Positions 8,442 to 18,157 are shown, numbered from the stretch's first letter. The stretch is DNA of 64,000 nt from Spirochaetia bacterium (GCA_034520965.1 JAXHMY010000001.1:1050233-1114232); one strand, 5' to 3'. Numbers and translations: made by a program. The notes: generated by a model not told the origin, from the sequence alone.

Positions 8442-10149
8442 ATTTGCCCGTCGCAGTTTTGTCTTTTTTATGGGAGCATTCCTGCTGGGCTACCTGTTTT
8501 TCTTTCTCCTTCAGCTGCAGCAGTATCCCGAAGAGTCGCTGCTGTACTTTTACAAGGTGCCCTGGATTTTCGAAGAAGCCCTGCGAATGCTGATTGAATA
8601 CTTTCCGGTCCTGGCCATCAGCGCCGTCCTGCTGGCCTTTGCTACTATTCCCGGCACACATGCCGAACTTATAGGCGGCACCGGAGTTATATCAAGCTCA
8701 GTAAGCCGGACAATTATTCTGTTTCTTATTTTTACCCTTTTGTATTCAATCCTCAGCGTCGGTCTCCTGCCGGTGCTCTACGAACACCGTCACAACCGTC
8801 TCTACCAAAGCAGGCTGGCCCGCAGTTATCTTCAACAAGCTGAAGCTGCCGAACAGCAGGATGAACTGGAGGCCGCCTATCTCCTCTACCGGGACTATCT
8901 GGAGATCGATGAGGATAATCGGGCAATAAAGGATAAGGTAAATTATTTAGAAGGACAGGTGAGCCTTCAGGAGGCCGCAGAGCGGCAGCAGGTAAGGGAG
9001 GAGGAGCCCCGCCGGAGCCTGCGCCATGACAACTACCGGGATATGAGTGCCAACGAGCTTGTGACTCAGGCGCGGCAGGCTTTAGAACAGGATGATCCGT
9101 TTACCGCCCACTATATGGCCCTGCTTGCCCAGCGGGTGGCGGAACGTGAAAACAAAACCCGGGAGGACGCCAAACGTTTAGCTGCAAAGGCATGGGAGCA
9201 GATAGCCTCGCTGGAACCAAGCCGTGAAGAGCAGACGGCCCACCGCCTCTACAGCCGCAAACTCAGCGGCTACCAGGCCTTTACCCGTGAGCAGCCCATT
9301 AAGGCCTATTACATTTTTACTAGCCTGATTGAGGAGAACCCCGGGGACCCGGATGTGAAAGAATATTACCAGAGAAGCCGGCAGCAGGCAGAGCAGGTCT
9401 CCTATTTTATAGACGAAGCGGAGATGTTGAAGTCTAATCCCGGTACCCGGAAAATTGTGTACCTGGATGATGAGAGAGAACTGCTGTTTTTTGAAAAACT
9501 TGTTATTGAAAGCGGCCGGATATGGGCATATGGTATTGAACTGCTGAAGTTCTCTCCCGCGGGCATGCAGGAGCATATCAGTGCCCCCTACGGAAAGTTT
9601 TCTGGGGACACCATAATACTGCAGGGCATTGACCGGCAGAAAGAGGGCCGGAGTATCCAGCCTACGGTACACAGCTCTTCGGAAGAGGAATACCTTCGCA
9701 CCAGCATACGCATTACCCCCTCTATTCCGCAGCTGCTGCGTTTAAGCCGGGAACAGGCCTTCCTCAACCGCCTGACCCTCCCGGACCTGTTGGTGCTGCA
9801 GCCGGTGATAAGCGAGTACGGATACCCCTCGTACCAGTTTGGGGTGCTGACCCTGATGCGGATACTCGAACCCTTTCTGTTTTTAATATTTGCGATATTC
9901 GCGGTCGCCTTCGGCTGGCACACCCGGGTCCATGCCCGCGGTTTTCCTTGGATGATACTGGTGCTGGCGCCGCTGCTGCCCTTTGTGATTGATCAGCTTG
10001 TCATTCTGTATGAGTACCTCCACCGACTGCTGTTGACCGCGGTGGTGCTGGAGTACGGCTTTGTTACCGGGATGGTGGGACTACTGCTGCTGGAAGGGGT
10101 ACTTTTATTTATGGCACTGTTTTCGGTGGCTATTCAAAAGGAACTATGA
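8434..10149 (+). CDS. Membrane protein with TPR-like periplasmic domain (LptF/LptG-like topology)
   Basis: 3 N-terminal TMs, helical TPR-like repeats (AYLLYRDYLEID, AYYIFTSLIEENP), C-terminal TMs; overlaps both neighbours. Confidence 0.75.
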   Translation: MNKFARRSFVFFMGAFLLGYLFFFLLQLQQYPEESLLYFYKVPWIFEEALRMLIEYFPVLAISAVLLAFATIPGTHAELIGGTGVISSSVSRTIILFLIFTLLYSILSVGLLPVLYEHRHNRLYQSRLARSYLQQAEAAEQQDELEAAYLLYRDYLEIDEDNRAIKDKVNYLEGQVSLQEAAERQQVREEEPRRSLRHDNYRDMSANELVTQARQALEQDDPFTAHYMALLAQRVAERENKTREDAKRLAAKAWEQIASLEPSREEQTAHRLYSRKLSGYQAFTREQPIKAYYIFTSLIEENPGDPDVKEYYQRSRQQAEQVSYFIDEAEMLKSNPGTRKIVYLDDERELLFFEKLVIESGRIWAYGIELLKFSPAGMQEHISAPYGKFSGDTIILQGIDRQKEGRSIQPTVHSSSEEEYLRTSIRITPSIPQLLRLSREQAFLNRLTLPDLLVLQPVISEYGYPSYQFGVLTLMRILEPFLFLIFAIFAVAFGWHTRVHARGFPWMILVLAPLLPFVIDQLVILYEYLHRLLLTAVVLEYGFVTGMVGLLLLEGVLLFMALFSVAIQKEL

Positions 10150-11084
10150 AATTCCGCTTTTCTGAAGTGCGTTCACAACTTCAATTGTATATTCAATTGT
10201 ATATTCGCCCCCACGCCGGCAAGCTGATAGGCGGGGCTATAGGCCTTGCCCTTGGGCTCAGGCTGTTCGGACTTATCTTCGGGCTGCTGCTGGGTGCTTT
10301 GGCGGATATTCTGCTGCAGGAGCTGCGTCTGCGGCGGCGGCTGGGCCAAAACCCGGAGGCCGAGTTTAGGGATGCCCAGGGGGCGGATGAGTTTCCTCCG
10401 GAACTTGGCTTTCTCATCAGCTTTACCCAAAAAGTCCTGGCCGCCGCCGGCCTGGATGAACCCCCGTCCAGCCACGACATTAGCTACCTTGAGCAGCAGC
10501 TGCTGCATCATTTTTCGCTTACCCCCCGGGGGGAGGCGGTGGTGCACCGGCTTTGCCGGACGTACTATGAGCCGCGACACCCAAAGGCCGAGGCCCACGA
10601 AGCCTCCGATTCGCCCGAGGCCCCCGGGGCGCCTGAAACTCCCGAGTCGCACCGCGGCCTGAATACTCCGGTGGAGCTGTCCCCGAAAGAACAGCTGGCA
10701 GCCGCACGGCTGCTGTTTGAGGCGGCCACCCTCTCCAGCCCGGAAAAACGAATCAGTCACAGGGGAAAGCGCTTTGTACAGGAGAGCTGCCGCGCCTTGG
10801 GCATCCGGCCCGAATACACGGAGATCGCCGCCGGGATAGTTATCCGGGAGGATACCACCGACTACGAGGTGCTGGGGCTGGACCCGGATGTACCTGTGAA
10901 GGAGATTAAACGGGTATACCGCAGTCTGGCCGCCGAGTTTCATCCGGACAGCCTCCACGGGCTAAGCCCGGAACAGAAAACCGCGGCCACCGAGGCCTTT
11001 ATGCGAATTAGAACCGCCTATGAGAACATTATGAGGGCCCGGGAGGGCCGGGGGGAGGGCCTGGGGGCCGACCGGCCGGATTAA
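10146..11084 (+). CDS. DjlA-like co-chaperone (N-terminal TM, C-terminal J-domain)
   Basis: GKLIGGAIG..FGLLLG anchor; YEVLGL..EIKRVYRSLAAEFHPD J-domain. Confidence 0.85.
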   Translation: MKFRFSEVRSQLQLYIQLYIRPHAGKLIGGAIGLALGLRLFGLIFGLLLGALADILLQELRLRRRLGQNPEAEFRDAQGADEFPPELGFLISFTQKVLAAAGLDEPPSSHDISYLEQQLLHHFSLTPRGEAVVHRLCRTYYEPRHPKAEAHEASDSPEAPGAPETPESHRGLNTPVELSPKEQLAAARLLFEAATLSSPEKRISHRGKRFVQESCRALGIRPEYTEIAAGIVIREDTTDYEVLGLDPDVPVKEIKRVYRSLAAEFHPDSLHGLSPEQKTAATEAFMRIRTAYENIMRAREGRGEGLGADRPD

Positions 11085-11162
11085 AGGCCGGCCCAGCCCC
11101 CTTGCCGGCTTGCCCCAGCCCGCCTCGGTCAGCTTGGGCCCCGCCCGGCCCTCCCGGCGGGG

Positions 11163-12461
11163 CTAGGGGCCTTCTTCGCAGGTGTCTTTGGAGTACTCGA
11201 TGCGGGCCCCCAGGGACTGCAGGCGGCCGATCAGGTCCTCGTAGCCCCGCTCTATCTGGTACACGTTCTGGATGAGGCTGCTGCCTTCGGCGCACAGGGC
11301 GGCGATTACCATGGCCATACCGGCGCGCACGTCGGGGGAGACCAGCTCGCCGCCGCGCAGGCGCGAGGGGCCGCTGACCACGGCCCGGTGGGGGTCGCAG
11401 AGGATAATGCGGGCGCCCATGCCTATCAGCTTGTCGACAAAGAACATCCGCGATTCAAACATCTTTTCATGCACCAGCACCGTGCCCTCGACCTGGGTGG
11501 CGACCACCGTGGTGATGCTGGTGAGGTCGGCGGGAAAACCGGGCCAGGGGGCATCGTCGATTTTGGGAATCATGCCGCCCATCTCCGGGACCACCCGCAG
11601 CTCCTGTCCGGAGGGGACAAGGATATCCGCGCCGTCCCGCTCCCAGTGAATGCCCAGTTTGTTAAAGGCGATGCGCGTGGCCCGGAGGTGCTCCGGCCCC
11701 GCATCCTGTATCTCCAGCTCGCCCCGGGTAACCGCCGCTAGGCCGATATACGAGCCTACCTCCATGAAGTCCGCCCCAATGGTAAACTCGGCCCCGTGGA
11801 GGCGCTTGACGCCCTCGATGGTCAGGATGTTCGAGCCCACCCCGCTAATCTTGGCCCCCATCGCATTGAGCATATTACACAGGTCCTGTACGTGGGGCTC
11901 GCTGGCGGCATTCCGCAGAATGGTGGTGCCGGAGGCGGTTACCGCGGCCATCACCGCATTTTCGGTGGCCGTAACCGAGGCCTCGTCCAGAAAAATGTCC
12001 TCGCCCACCAGCTTGTTCGAGCTGAGCTTGAACATACCGTCTACCTCGACCCGGGCTCCCAGAGCGCTGAAGGCCAGAAAGTGGGTATCCAGCCGGCGGC
12101 GTCCGATAACATCGCCGCCGGGGGGCGGCATCAGCACCTTTCCCGTGCGCGCCAGCAGGGGGCCGGCAAACAGTATCGAGGCGCGAATATTTTTCGCCTG
12201 TTTGGCGGGTATCTCGTGGGTGGTGATATCCGAGGCGTGAATCCGCACCTCATTGGGCCCGAGCCGTTCAATCGAGGCTCCGAGGGTGGCGAGGATCTGC
12301 AGCATTACATGTACATCTTCTATATCCGGCAGGCGTTTTAAGACTACCGGCTCATCCGTTAAAAGGGTGGCGGCAATACAGGGCAGGGCGGAGTTTTTAT
12401 TACCGCCGGCTCTGATTTTTCCTTTTATCGGGAAACTACCATCAACAACATAGGCACTCAT
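11163..12461 (-). CDS. murA: UDP-N-acetylglucosamine 1-carboxyvinyltransferase
   Basis: [27 protein letters not shown] (Asp at the fosfomycin-target Cys position), SVTATEN, PDVRAG, IERGYE. Confidence 0.97.
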   Translation of the reverse strand: MSAYVVDGSFPIKGKIRAGGNKNSALPCIAATLLTDEPVVLKRLPDIEDVHVMLQILATLGASIERLGPNEVRIHASDITTHEIPAKQAKNIRASILFAGPLLARTGKVLMPPPGGDVIGRRRLDTHFLAFSALGARVEVDGMFKLSSNKLVGEDIFLDEASVTATENAVMAAVTASGTTILRNAASEPHVQDLCNMLNAMGAKISGVGSNILTIEGVKRLHGAEFTIGADFMEVGSYIGLAAVTRGELEIQDAGPEHLRATRIAFNKLGIHWERDGADILVPSGQELRVVPEMGGMIPKIDDAPWPGFPADLTSITTVVATQVEGTVLVHEKMFESRMFFVDKLIGMGARIILCDPHRAVVSGPSRLRGGELVSPDVRAGMAMVIAALCAEGSSLIQNVYQIERGYEDLIGRLQSLGARIEYSKDTCEEGP

Positions 12462-12467
12462 AGGCTA

Positions 12468-12496
12468 AATCTATCTTACACAAAAGCTCTTTGCAA
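12468..12496 (-). promoter_or_regulatory. Promoter of murA, leaderless configuration
   Basis: TTGCAA-17 bp-TAGATT, 6 nt before the ATG, no SD. Confidence 0.55.
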
Positions 12497-12539
12497 GTGG
12501 GTGGACACCCAGGGGGTTCCACTCAGCCCGGAACCTCTC

Positions 12540-13991
12540 TTATTGAGACTTGAGCTGAAGGTAGTACTGCTGGGGGGCAAAGGGGTTTTCGTTCATCATT
12601 ACGCGGCACTCGCGGACGCTGCTGCGCCCGTCACGCAGGATAAAGCGAATGGAGAAGCGGGTGTGCCGGGCCGGCTTTACCAGCTGGGACTCTCCGGCAA
12701 AGGGGTTCTCCAGGACTCGCGGGACAATCACCGAGCTAAAGGGCCGCTCGCCGCGGTCGATCTGGGCCGCCAGGGCCGCATCGTCTACCTCGGGCCCACT
12801 GTCTTTTTCAGGCAGAGGGGTAAACAATCTCAGAAACAAACTCCCCATAGACATATCCGCATCCTCCACGGGCAGCATAAGCGAAAAGGCTTGCTCCCAC
12901 TTTCCCATGGACATCAGGGTGCCGGCGGAGTGCAGAAACTGGTTGAGGTTGCGAACGATGTTGGTGGAGTCGTGCTGGGCATACTTCGTACCGTCCCACT
13001 TGTACCAGGTAAGGAAGGTCTCGTAGCCGGTGCCCTCCTCAAAGACCCGGCGCCACTCGAGAATATCGAGGATGCCGTTATTGTTAATGTCGCGGGTTTC
13101 GGAGGTCACGGAAAGGTTGTTTTTGAGAGTGAAAAAGGAAAACTCATTGTAGCCGGAAAAGCTGACCCACTGGCTTTTTTTGCCCTCGTGGGTTTGGAAA
13201 GAGATGCTCACCGCATAGGGCATGGGCCGGGAGTCGTCGAGCTTAAAGCCGCGAAAATCTTCGAAGACAAACCAGCTGCTGAGGGGAATTCGGTACATGG
13301 ACACCACCCCGCCGGGGCTGCGCAAAAACAGGGCCAGGTAGAACTTGAGTGGGCGTACCTCCTCTGAGAAAAGGCGGGACATGTCGCCCAGGTCGGAGGC
13401 TGCGATCCGGCGGTCGTGCACCAGCGCACTTTGGTCCTGCTCGCCGGCCTGCTTGCTAGCCTGCTTTTTCGCCTGGCCGGCGGCCTTGCCGGCTGCTTGG
13501 TCATCTGTTTGGGGCGGGGCGTTTATTTGGCTGTCGCTCTGGTCTTGCGGAGCCGGCTGGGCCTCTTCAGGATTCTCAACCAGTAAAAAGAAGATGTCGT
13601 CAAAGCCGTTTTGATCTAAATCATGGAAGATGCGCAAAGGCTGCCCGGTATCATCACTGAGAAAGATAAACCGCTCCGGGACATTCGGGTTTACAAGGTC
13701 CATTAGTTGATCGATCGGAATTTCTTGGGTGGGGGGAAGAAGTATCTGCCGGGAGGCATCTTTACCGCCGGAGGCTTGGGCATTGGCGGCGGCCTCAGAG
13801 TCCTCGGCCTCAGAATCCCCTTCGCCGGCCTGTGACGTGCCCTCGGCCTCAGCCGACTGCTCTCCGTGCTCTCCGGAGGCGGACTGAGCCCCGCTCCCCG
13901 AACCAACCGGAGTAGTACAACTCGTCCAGAAAAGCAGCACTATAGCAGCCGGCAAGCAGAAAAATGCTGCGGCACCGCGAAAAAGTATCAC
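12540..13991 (-). CDS. Hypothetical lipoprotein
   Basis: Signal peptide ending LLFWTSC, Ser/Ala/Glu-rich linker, DLDQNGFDD and DINNNGILD Ca-binding-like motifs. Confidence 0.75.
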   Translation of the reverse strand: MILFRGAAAFFCLPAAIVLLFWTSCTTPVGSGSGAQSASGEHGEQSAEAEGTSQAGEGDSEAEDSEAAANAQASGGKDASRQILLPPTQEIPIDQLMDLVNPNVPERFIFLSDDTGQPLRIFHDLDQNGFDDIFFLLVENPEEAQPAPQDQSDSQINAPPQTDDQAAGKAAGQAKKQASKQAGEQDQSALVHDRRIAASDLGDMSRLFSEEVRPLKFYLALFLRSPGGVVSMYRIPLSSWFVFEDFRGFKLDDSRPMPYAVSISFQTHEGKKSQWVSFSGYNEFSFFTLKNNLSVTSETRDINNNGILDILEWRRVFEEGTGYETFLTWYKWDGTKYAQHDSTNIVRNLNQFLHSAGTLMSMGKWEQAFSLMLPVEDADMSMGSLFLRLFTPLPEKDSGPEVDDAALAAQIDRGERPFSSVIVPRVLENPFAGESQLVKPARHTRFSIRFILRDGRSSVRECRVMMNENPFAPQQYYLQLKSQ

Positions 13992-14053
13992 CTAAACCCC
14001 CTGAGTTTACTATACTACCAGTGCTCAGCTAAATTATCCATTACTTTTATTCT

Positions 14054-15235
14054 CTATTCCACCAGGAGGCGCAGGCGCTTTTTGCCGTCGGAGCTGCGAA
14101 AGGGGTTACGCTGGTGCTTTAGGAAGCTGCGGTAGGTTTTACAGGCCCGGTAATAGCCGTCGGGGCCGCGAAATGTCGCCGACACATCGCAGCGGTACAG
14201 CTCCAGGAGCTCCGGGAACAGGGGCGAGGCCATAACCTCTTGGGTGCGGAAGGTCGGCAGGCTCGGAATCGCCGAGGGCATCATATGGTGCTTCACCAGA
14301 TACTCCGCCGATGCGATCACCCGCTGGGGAAACTGGAGGTCCTCCAGAAACCGCCGGGTCTTCTGCGCGCCGATTTGTGAGTGCTGATCGAAGCGGTTGC
14401 CCCCCTGGGCCCGAGCGTAGGGCTTGCCGCAGTCGTGCAACAGAAGCCCGAGGCCAAGCTCGAGCTCGTATACCTTGCGATGGGTAAAGGTCTCTAGGGT
14501 GTGCTTCCAGACATTGCCCTCGGGGTGATCCTCCTTGGAGTGATGCACCCCATCCATATGCTCCAGCAGGGGCCAATAGGCGGAAATAAAACCACTGTCC
14601 ATCAGAAACTGCAGGGCCGCAGCGCTATGCCCACCCGTGAGCACGCCGGTAAGCAGGAAACGCTGCTCAATAGACGATAGGTGCCCGGGCTGCTCGACCT
14701 CGGCCGTCCCGCCGGGGACATCCGGCGGTTTGTACCCAAACCGTGCAATCAACAGGGCCGCCTCGAGTATTGTAAGCACGGCCCCGGCCCCTTTCTCTGC
14801 CCCTGTCTCGGCCCCAGCATTTTCTGTGAGCAGCTGCAGGTTGGCACTCCGCAGATGCGGATACGCGGTACAGGGGTCCTGAAACACCCCCCGCCCTATC
14901 TCAAAGCGAAAACTGCCCTGCAGAGTGCCCCGGCTCTGCGCCTCGCCCGCTGCCTCCCCGGGCTCGACACAACGGAACAGAACCAAAGTCCTGCCGTCCC
15001 GGTGGGCACTATCGAGGGCACTATCGAGGGCCGCATCGAAGAACTCCGCCCCGGGGAAGGTAATTCCGTCGAACAGACGGGTCAAATCGACTAACGAGGC
15101 CTCGGTCTCCACCCAAAGTATATCGGCCCCTCCGTTCGCCCCTCGTCTGCGCCGTCCAAAGTAGATATCCAGGGCTGAGGGACCGATCAAATATGTTGGA
15201 AAGCCGGCTTCCACCAGCGGTGCTAACAACTGCAT
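14054..15235 (-). CDS. CCA/poly(A)-polymerase-related HD-domain protein
   Basis: HPEGNVWKHT, LLHDCGKP, HSQIGA, KHHM and RCD resemble the HD domain of CCA-adding enzymes; degenerate N-terminal NTase-like head. Confidence 0.8.
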   Translation of the reverse strand: MQLLAPLVEAGFPTYLIGPSALDIYFGRRRRGANGGADILWVETEASLVDLTRLFDGITFPGAEFFDAALDSALDSAHRDGRTLVLFRCVEPGEAAGEAQSRGTLQGSFRFEIGRGVFQDPCTAYPHLRSANLQLLTENAGAETGAEKGAGAVLTILEAALLIARFGYKPPDVPGGTAEVEQPGHLSSIEQRFLLTGVLTGGHSAAALQFLMDSGFISAYWPLLEHMDGVHHSKEDHPEGNVWKHTLETFTHRKVYELELGLGLLLHDCGKPYARAQGGNRFDQHSQIGAQKTRRFLEDLQFPQRVIASAEYLVKHHMMPSAIPSLPTFRTQEVMASPLFPELLELYRCDVSATFRGPDGYYRACKTYRSFLKHQRNPFRSSDGKKRLRLLVE

Positions 15236-15289
15236 CTGTACAAGATACCGCTTTCATGCCACGGGTTTCAAGGGAAAAGTGCTCAGAAC

Positions 15290-15631
15290 CACTGTAGCTC
15301 GATGCCGTTAGTCTACAAAAATTTGGTGGAAAAAGGATGACTATCGTATTCGAGCCACAGCGCTTTGGATTGGCCTCCCATCACCGCACGCTGCAGTGTC
15401 GACGGTTCGAATAGCCTCTTTCATCTTGTTACAGACTTCCCAGAAACTATATAGCCCCTGCCTGTGGCCAGCAGTGGTGGGCAGCATCAGTGGCAGGCCG
15501 GATCAAGGCCAGAGCCCCCCCCCCACCACCACTGTCCCAAAACACTGTACCTCGATGCCGTTAGTCTACCAAAATTTGGTGGAAAAAGGCTGACTATTGG
15601 AATCGAGCCACAGCGTTATGGGGTGGCCACC
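15290..15631. repeat. Two copies of an 89-bp hairpin-forming element (15290-15378, 15543-15631)
   Basis: Ungapped alignment 78/89 identical; each copy has the internal inverted repeat CACTGTA.CTCGA...TCGAGCCACAGCG. Confidence 0.9.
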
Positions 15632-15738
15632 GTGGACGGCTCGGGGGCGGTCGCCGGGGCTGGGGCTGGGCCCCGAGTCATCCATTGTCACAGCGGGCTT
15701 TTCGCTTTACACTTTAAGGCAGTAATTACTATTGGGGG

Positions 15739-16269
15739 GTGGCAAGCATGATACTATCAGGACGAGAGATCAAAAAGCGGCTTGGGAAGGATATACGCAT
15801 CGACCCGTTTCACGAGGAACAGCTCAATCCCAACAGCTACAACCTGCGGCTGCACAACCAACTGCTCTCGTACACCGGCGCGGAGCTGGACATGCGAATA
15901 GACAATCCTACCCGGAAAATCACCATCCCCGATAATGGTCTGATGCTCTACCCCGGACGCCTCTACCTGGGCCGGACGGTGGAATACACCGAAACCCACG
16001 GGGCGGTTCCGATGCTGGAGGGCCGCTCATCGATAGGCCGGCTGGGCCTGTTTATCCATGTCACCGCCGGTTTCGGAGATGTGGGGTTTAAGGGCTACTG
16101 GACCCTGGAGATATTCTGCGTCCAGCCGATTATCATTTATCCGGATGTGGAAATCTGCCAGCTCTACTTCCACGAAGTATCCCCGGACCACTCGGAGTAC
16201 ACCAAAGGCAAATACCAGGAGAACCACGAAATTCAGGCCAGCATGCTGTACAAGGATTTTGAGGAATAG
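15739..16269 (+). CDS. dcd: dCTP deaminase
   Basis: QLNPNSYNLRL, EGRSSIGRLGL, TAGFGDVGFKG..TLE, ICQLYF, GKYQ. Confidence 0.95.
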   Translation: MASMILSGREIKKRLGKDIRIDPFHEEQLNPNSYNLRLHNQLLSYTGAELDMRIDNPTRKITIPDNGLMLYPGRLYLGRTVEYTETHGAVPMLEGRSSIGRLGLFIHVTAGFGDVGFKGYWTLEIFCVQPIIIYPDVEICQLYFHEVSPDHSEYTKGKYQENHEIQASMLYKDFEE

Positions 16270-16317
16270 CTGCGCCCCGCCGCCTGGCTGGGCTGGGCGG
16301 GGGCGCGCTCCGCGGGT

Positions 16318-17088
16318 TTAGCCGATTGACTCGGCGATCATCTCTTCCATGTGGTAGTAGCCGGGCTGTTTGCCGGCGATGTAAGCGGCGGCCTTCAGCG
16401 CCCCAACGGTAAACAGCGCCTTTGAGTAGGCGGCGTGGCTGATGGTCAGCCGTTCATCCTGGCCGGCAAAAATCACGTCGTGCTCGCCGACAATATTGCC
16501 GCCCCGCAGCGCATGAATACCTATCTCGCCCTTCTCCCGCAGCCTGTTTTTGTCATCCCGGCCGTTCACATACTCCATAGAGCCGCCGCGGGCCTCGTTC
16601 AGGGCATCCGCCAGGGTTAGAGCCGTACCGCTGGGGGCATCGCGCTTGGTGTTGTGGTGCTTCTCGACAACCTCAATGTCAAAGGCATCGCCCAGCAGCG
16701 AGGCAGCCTGCTTCACCAGTTCCTTGAGCAAGTTCACCCCCAGGGACATGTTGGCCGCCTGGAAAATAGGAACGCGGGCCGCCGCCTCGCGCAGATGCGC
16801 ATACTGGGCCTCGCTCAAACCGGTGGTCGCCACCACCACCGCCAGCCCCTTCTCGACGGCCGCATCAATCATTGCATCCAGCCCCTCGGCCCGGGAAAAA
16901 TCTATCACCACATCCGCCGCTTCCTGCACCTCCGCCAAGGAGCCGTAGACGGGAAAATTCCAATCGTCCTTTGCATCGACCACCGCATCCACCCCGGCGG
17001 CTACCACAAACTCATCGTTCGCCTCGATGGTCGCGGCCAAGGTCCTTCCCATTTTTCCGTTGCAGCCGTGTATAATTGTTTTAATCAT
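16318..17088 (-). CDS. dapB: 4-hydroxy-tetrahydrodipicolinate reductase
   Basis: GCNGKMG, DVVIDFS, ATTG, NMSLGV, EKHHNTKRDAPSGTA, RGGNIVGEH; GGAGG RBS. Confidence 0.97.
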   Translation of the reverse strand: MIKTIIHGCNGKMGRTLAATIEANDEFVVAAGVDAVVDAKDDWNFPVYGSLAEVQEAADVVIDFSRAEGLDAMIDAAVEKGLAVVVATTGLSEAQYAHLREAAARVPIFQAANMSLGVNLLKELVKQAASLLGDAFDIEVVEKHHNTKRDAPSGTALTLADALNEARGGSMEYVNGRDDKNRLREKGEIGIHALRGGNIVGEHDVIFAGQDERLTISHAAYSKALFTVGALKAAAYIAGKQPGYYHMEEMIAESIG

Positions 17089-17204
17089 TGTTCGCCTCCC
17101 TTTATCTCCCTTATCTACATTTATAGTAATTAAAGGGAGGCACAATTACAAGTTGAGGCCGGCGGGCCCGCTTGCAACCCCCTGTGGCCCTCATCAGGGC
17201 CGGC

Positions 17205-17474
17205 TTAGGCGCAGTCGTCGTTGCCGGGGGCTGAGCCCTGCCTGGGCCACCGCAGCCCCCCCGGCAAAGGTCCCCCCGGCCAAGAGCCCTCCGGGGCGGA
17301 CCATGGGCGCGAGCCGCCGATGCAGCCGTTGCGCTGCACCTGCCGGACTATGCAAATCCGGTCTTCCTCGAAATCCAGCAGCAGCTGCCGCCCCCCGGTA
17401 CCCTCCGCGGCACACTCCACGCAGGCCTGCCCCCGGGAACCCTCCGTTCCCCGCCGATAAAACCTGAGAATCAT
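17205..17474 (-). CDS. Small hypothetical protein (89 aa)
   Basis: Strong AGGAGG/GGGAG RBS before the ATG; no recognisable family. Confidence 0.4.
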   Translation of the reverse strand: MILRFYRRGTEGSRGQACVECAAEGTGGRQLLLDFEEDRICIVRQVQRNGCIGGSRPWSAPEGSWPGGPLPGGLRWPRQGSAPGNDDCA

Positions 17475-17559
17475 ACTCCCCTCCTCCTGTGGGCTATCAC
17501 TATAAATAACAGGCGGAGGTGCTGCTCTGCTTCAGCCCGCGGGGAATTTATTCATAAAT

Positions 17560-17834
17560 TCATGCACTTTCTTTTAATTTTCCATTCACATATTTATGCA
17601 ATATCATTGAGACCAATGTTTGATAGGGTATCCCTTCTTCTAATGCTTTAACCTTTAAATTCTTAAGTCTCTTTCAGATATTCTAATATTCATCCTTTTA
17701 TCTTTTCTAAGGGTTCTGTTTGCGTTTTCTATAGCCTCTTCTATCTCTTTTTTTTTATTTTCAGCTACAGGCATCCATTCTTCATTTTCAATTGATTCAA
17801 TTAATTCTTTCTCTTCTTCATCATAATATTTCAT
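17560..17834 (-). CDS. CopG/RHH-type antitoxin (BrnA-like), split by a 1-nt frameshift; absent from the ORF track
   Basis: Manual translation MKYYDEEEKELIESIENEEW...RMNIRISERDL/KNLKVKALEEGIPYQTLVSMILHKYVNGKL; ATGA overlap with the toxin. Confidence 0.85.
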
Positions 17835-18121
17835 CTTTTCTCCTCCTGATTCTGAAGGTATTTTCTCGTGTATTTCCTGCTTGGGAATATTGTTTTCAGA
17901 AAAATAATATCACTATCTTCATCTTTTATGAATGGAACAGCATAGATATAGTTTTCTCTTTCTACTAAATAGACCTTTTGCTTTGGATACTTTTCTTTGT
18001 TGGGATGCTCTATAATATCTACAATGCTTCCTTCACTAATACAGAGGACTATTTCTTCAAAAGATACGTTTCTTTGCTTCTGCAAAAAATCATTTTTCTC
18101 ATTTTCCCAATCAAAGACCAT
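17831..18121 (-). CDS. BrnT/DUF497-like toxin
   Basis: FDWENEKND.L..QRNVSFEEI, HPNKEKYPKQ, FLKTIFPSRK. Confidence 0.85.
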   Translation of the reverse strand: MVFDWENEKNDFLQKQRNVSFEEIVLCISEGSIVDIIEHPNKEKYPKQKVYLVERENYIYAVPFIKDEDSDIIFLKTIFPSRKYTRKYLQNQEEKR

Positions 18122-18127
18122 ATTCTT

Positions 18128-18157
18128 ATTGTAGAAAAAACGTGTGCCTATTGTCAA
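18128..18157 (-). promoter_or_regulatory. TA operon promoter, leaderless configuration
   Basis: TTGACA-18 bp-TACAAT, 6 nt before ATG 18121. Confidence 0.65.

Noticed and set aside
12501..13367. 288-aa plus-strand ORF, and similar long shadow ORFs (10173-10958, 27659-28474, 42699-43451)
   Set aside because: They are antisense to well-supported genes in GC-rich DNA and have no motifs.
15290..15631. 89-bp repeat pair as DGR TR/VR, CRISPR or integron attC
   Set aside because: Mismatches are not adenine-specific and no RT is present; the unit is too long with only two copies for CRISPR; there are no proper RYYYAAC/GTTRRRY ends.
17090..17540. Lysine riboswitch upstream of dapB
   Set aside because: No recognisable L-box conserved core, and the region holds an RBS-led small ORF; an Rfam search would be needed to exclude it fully.
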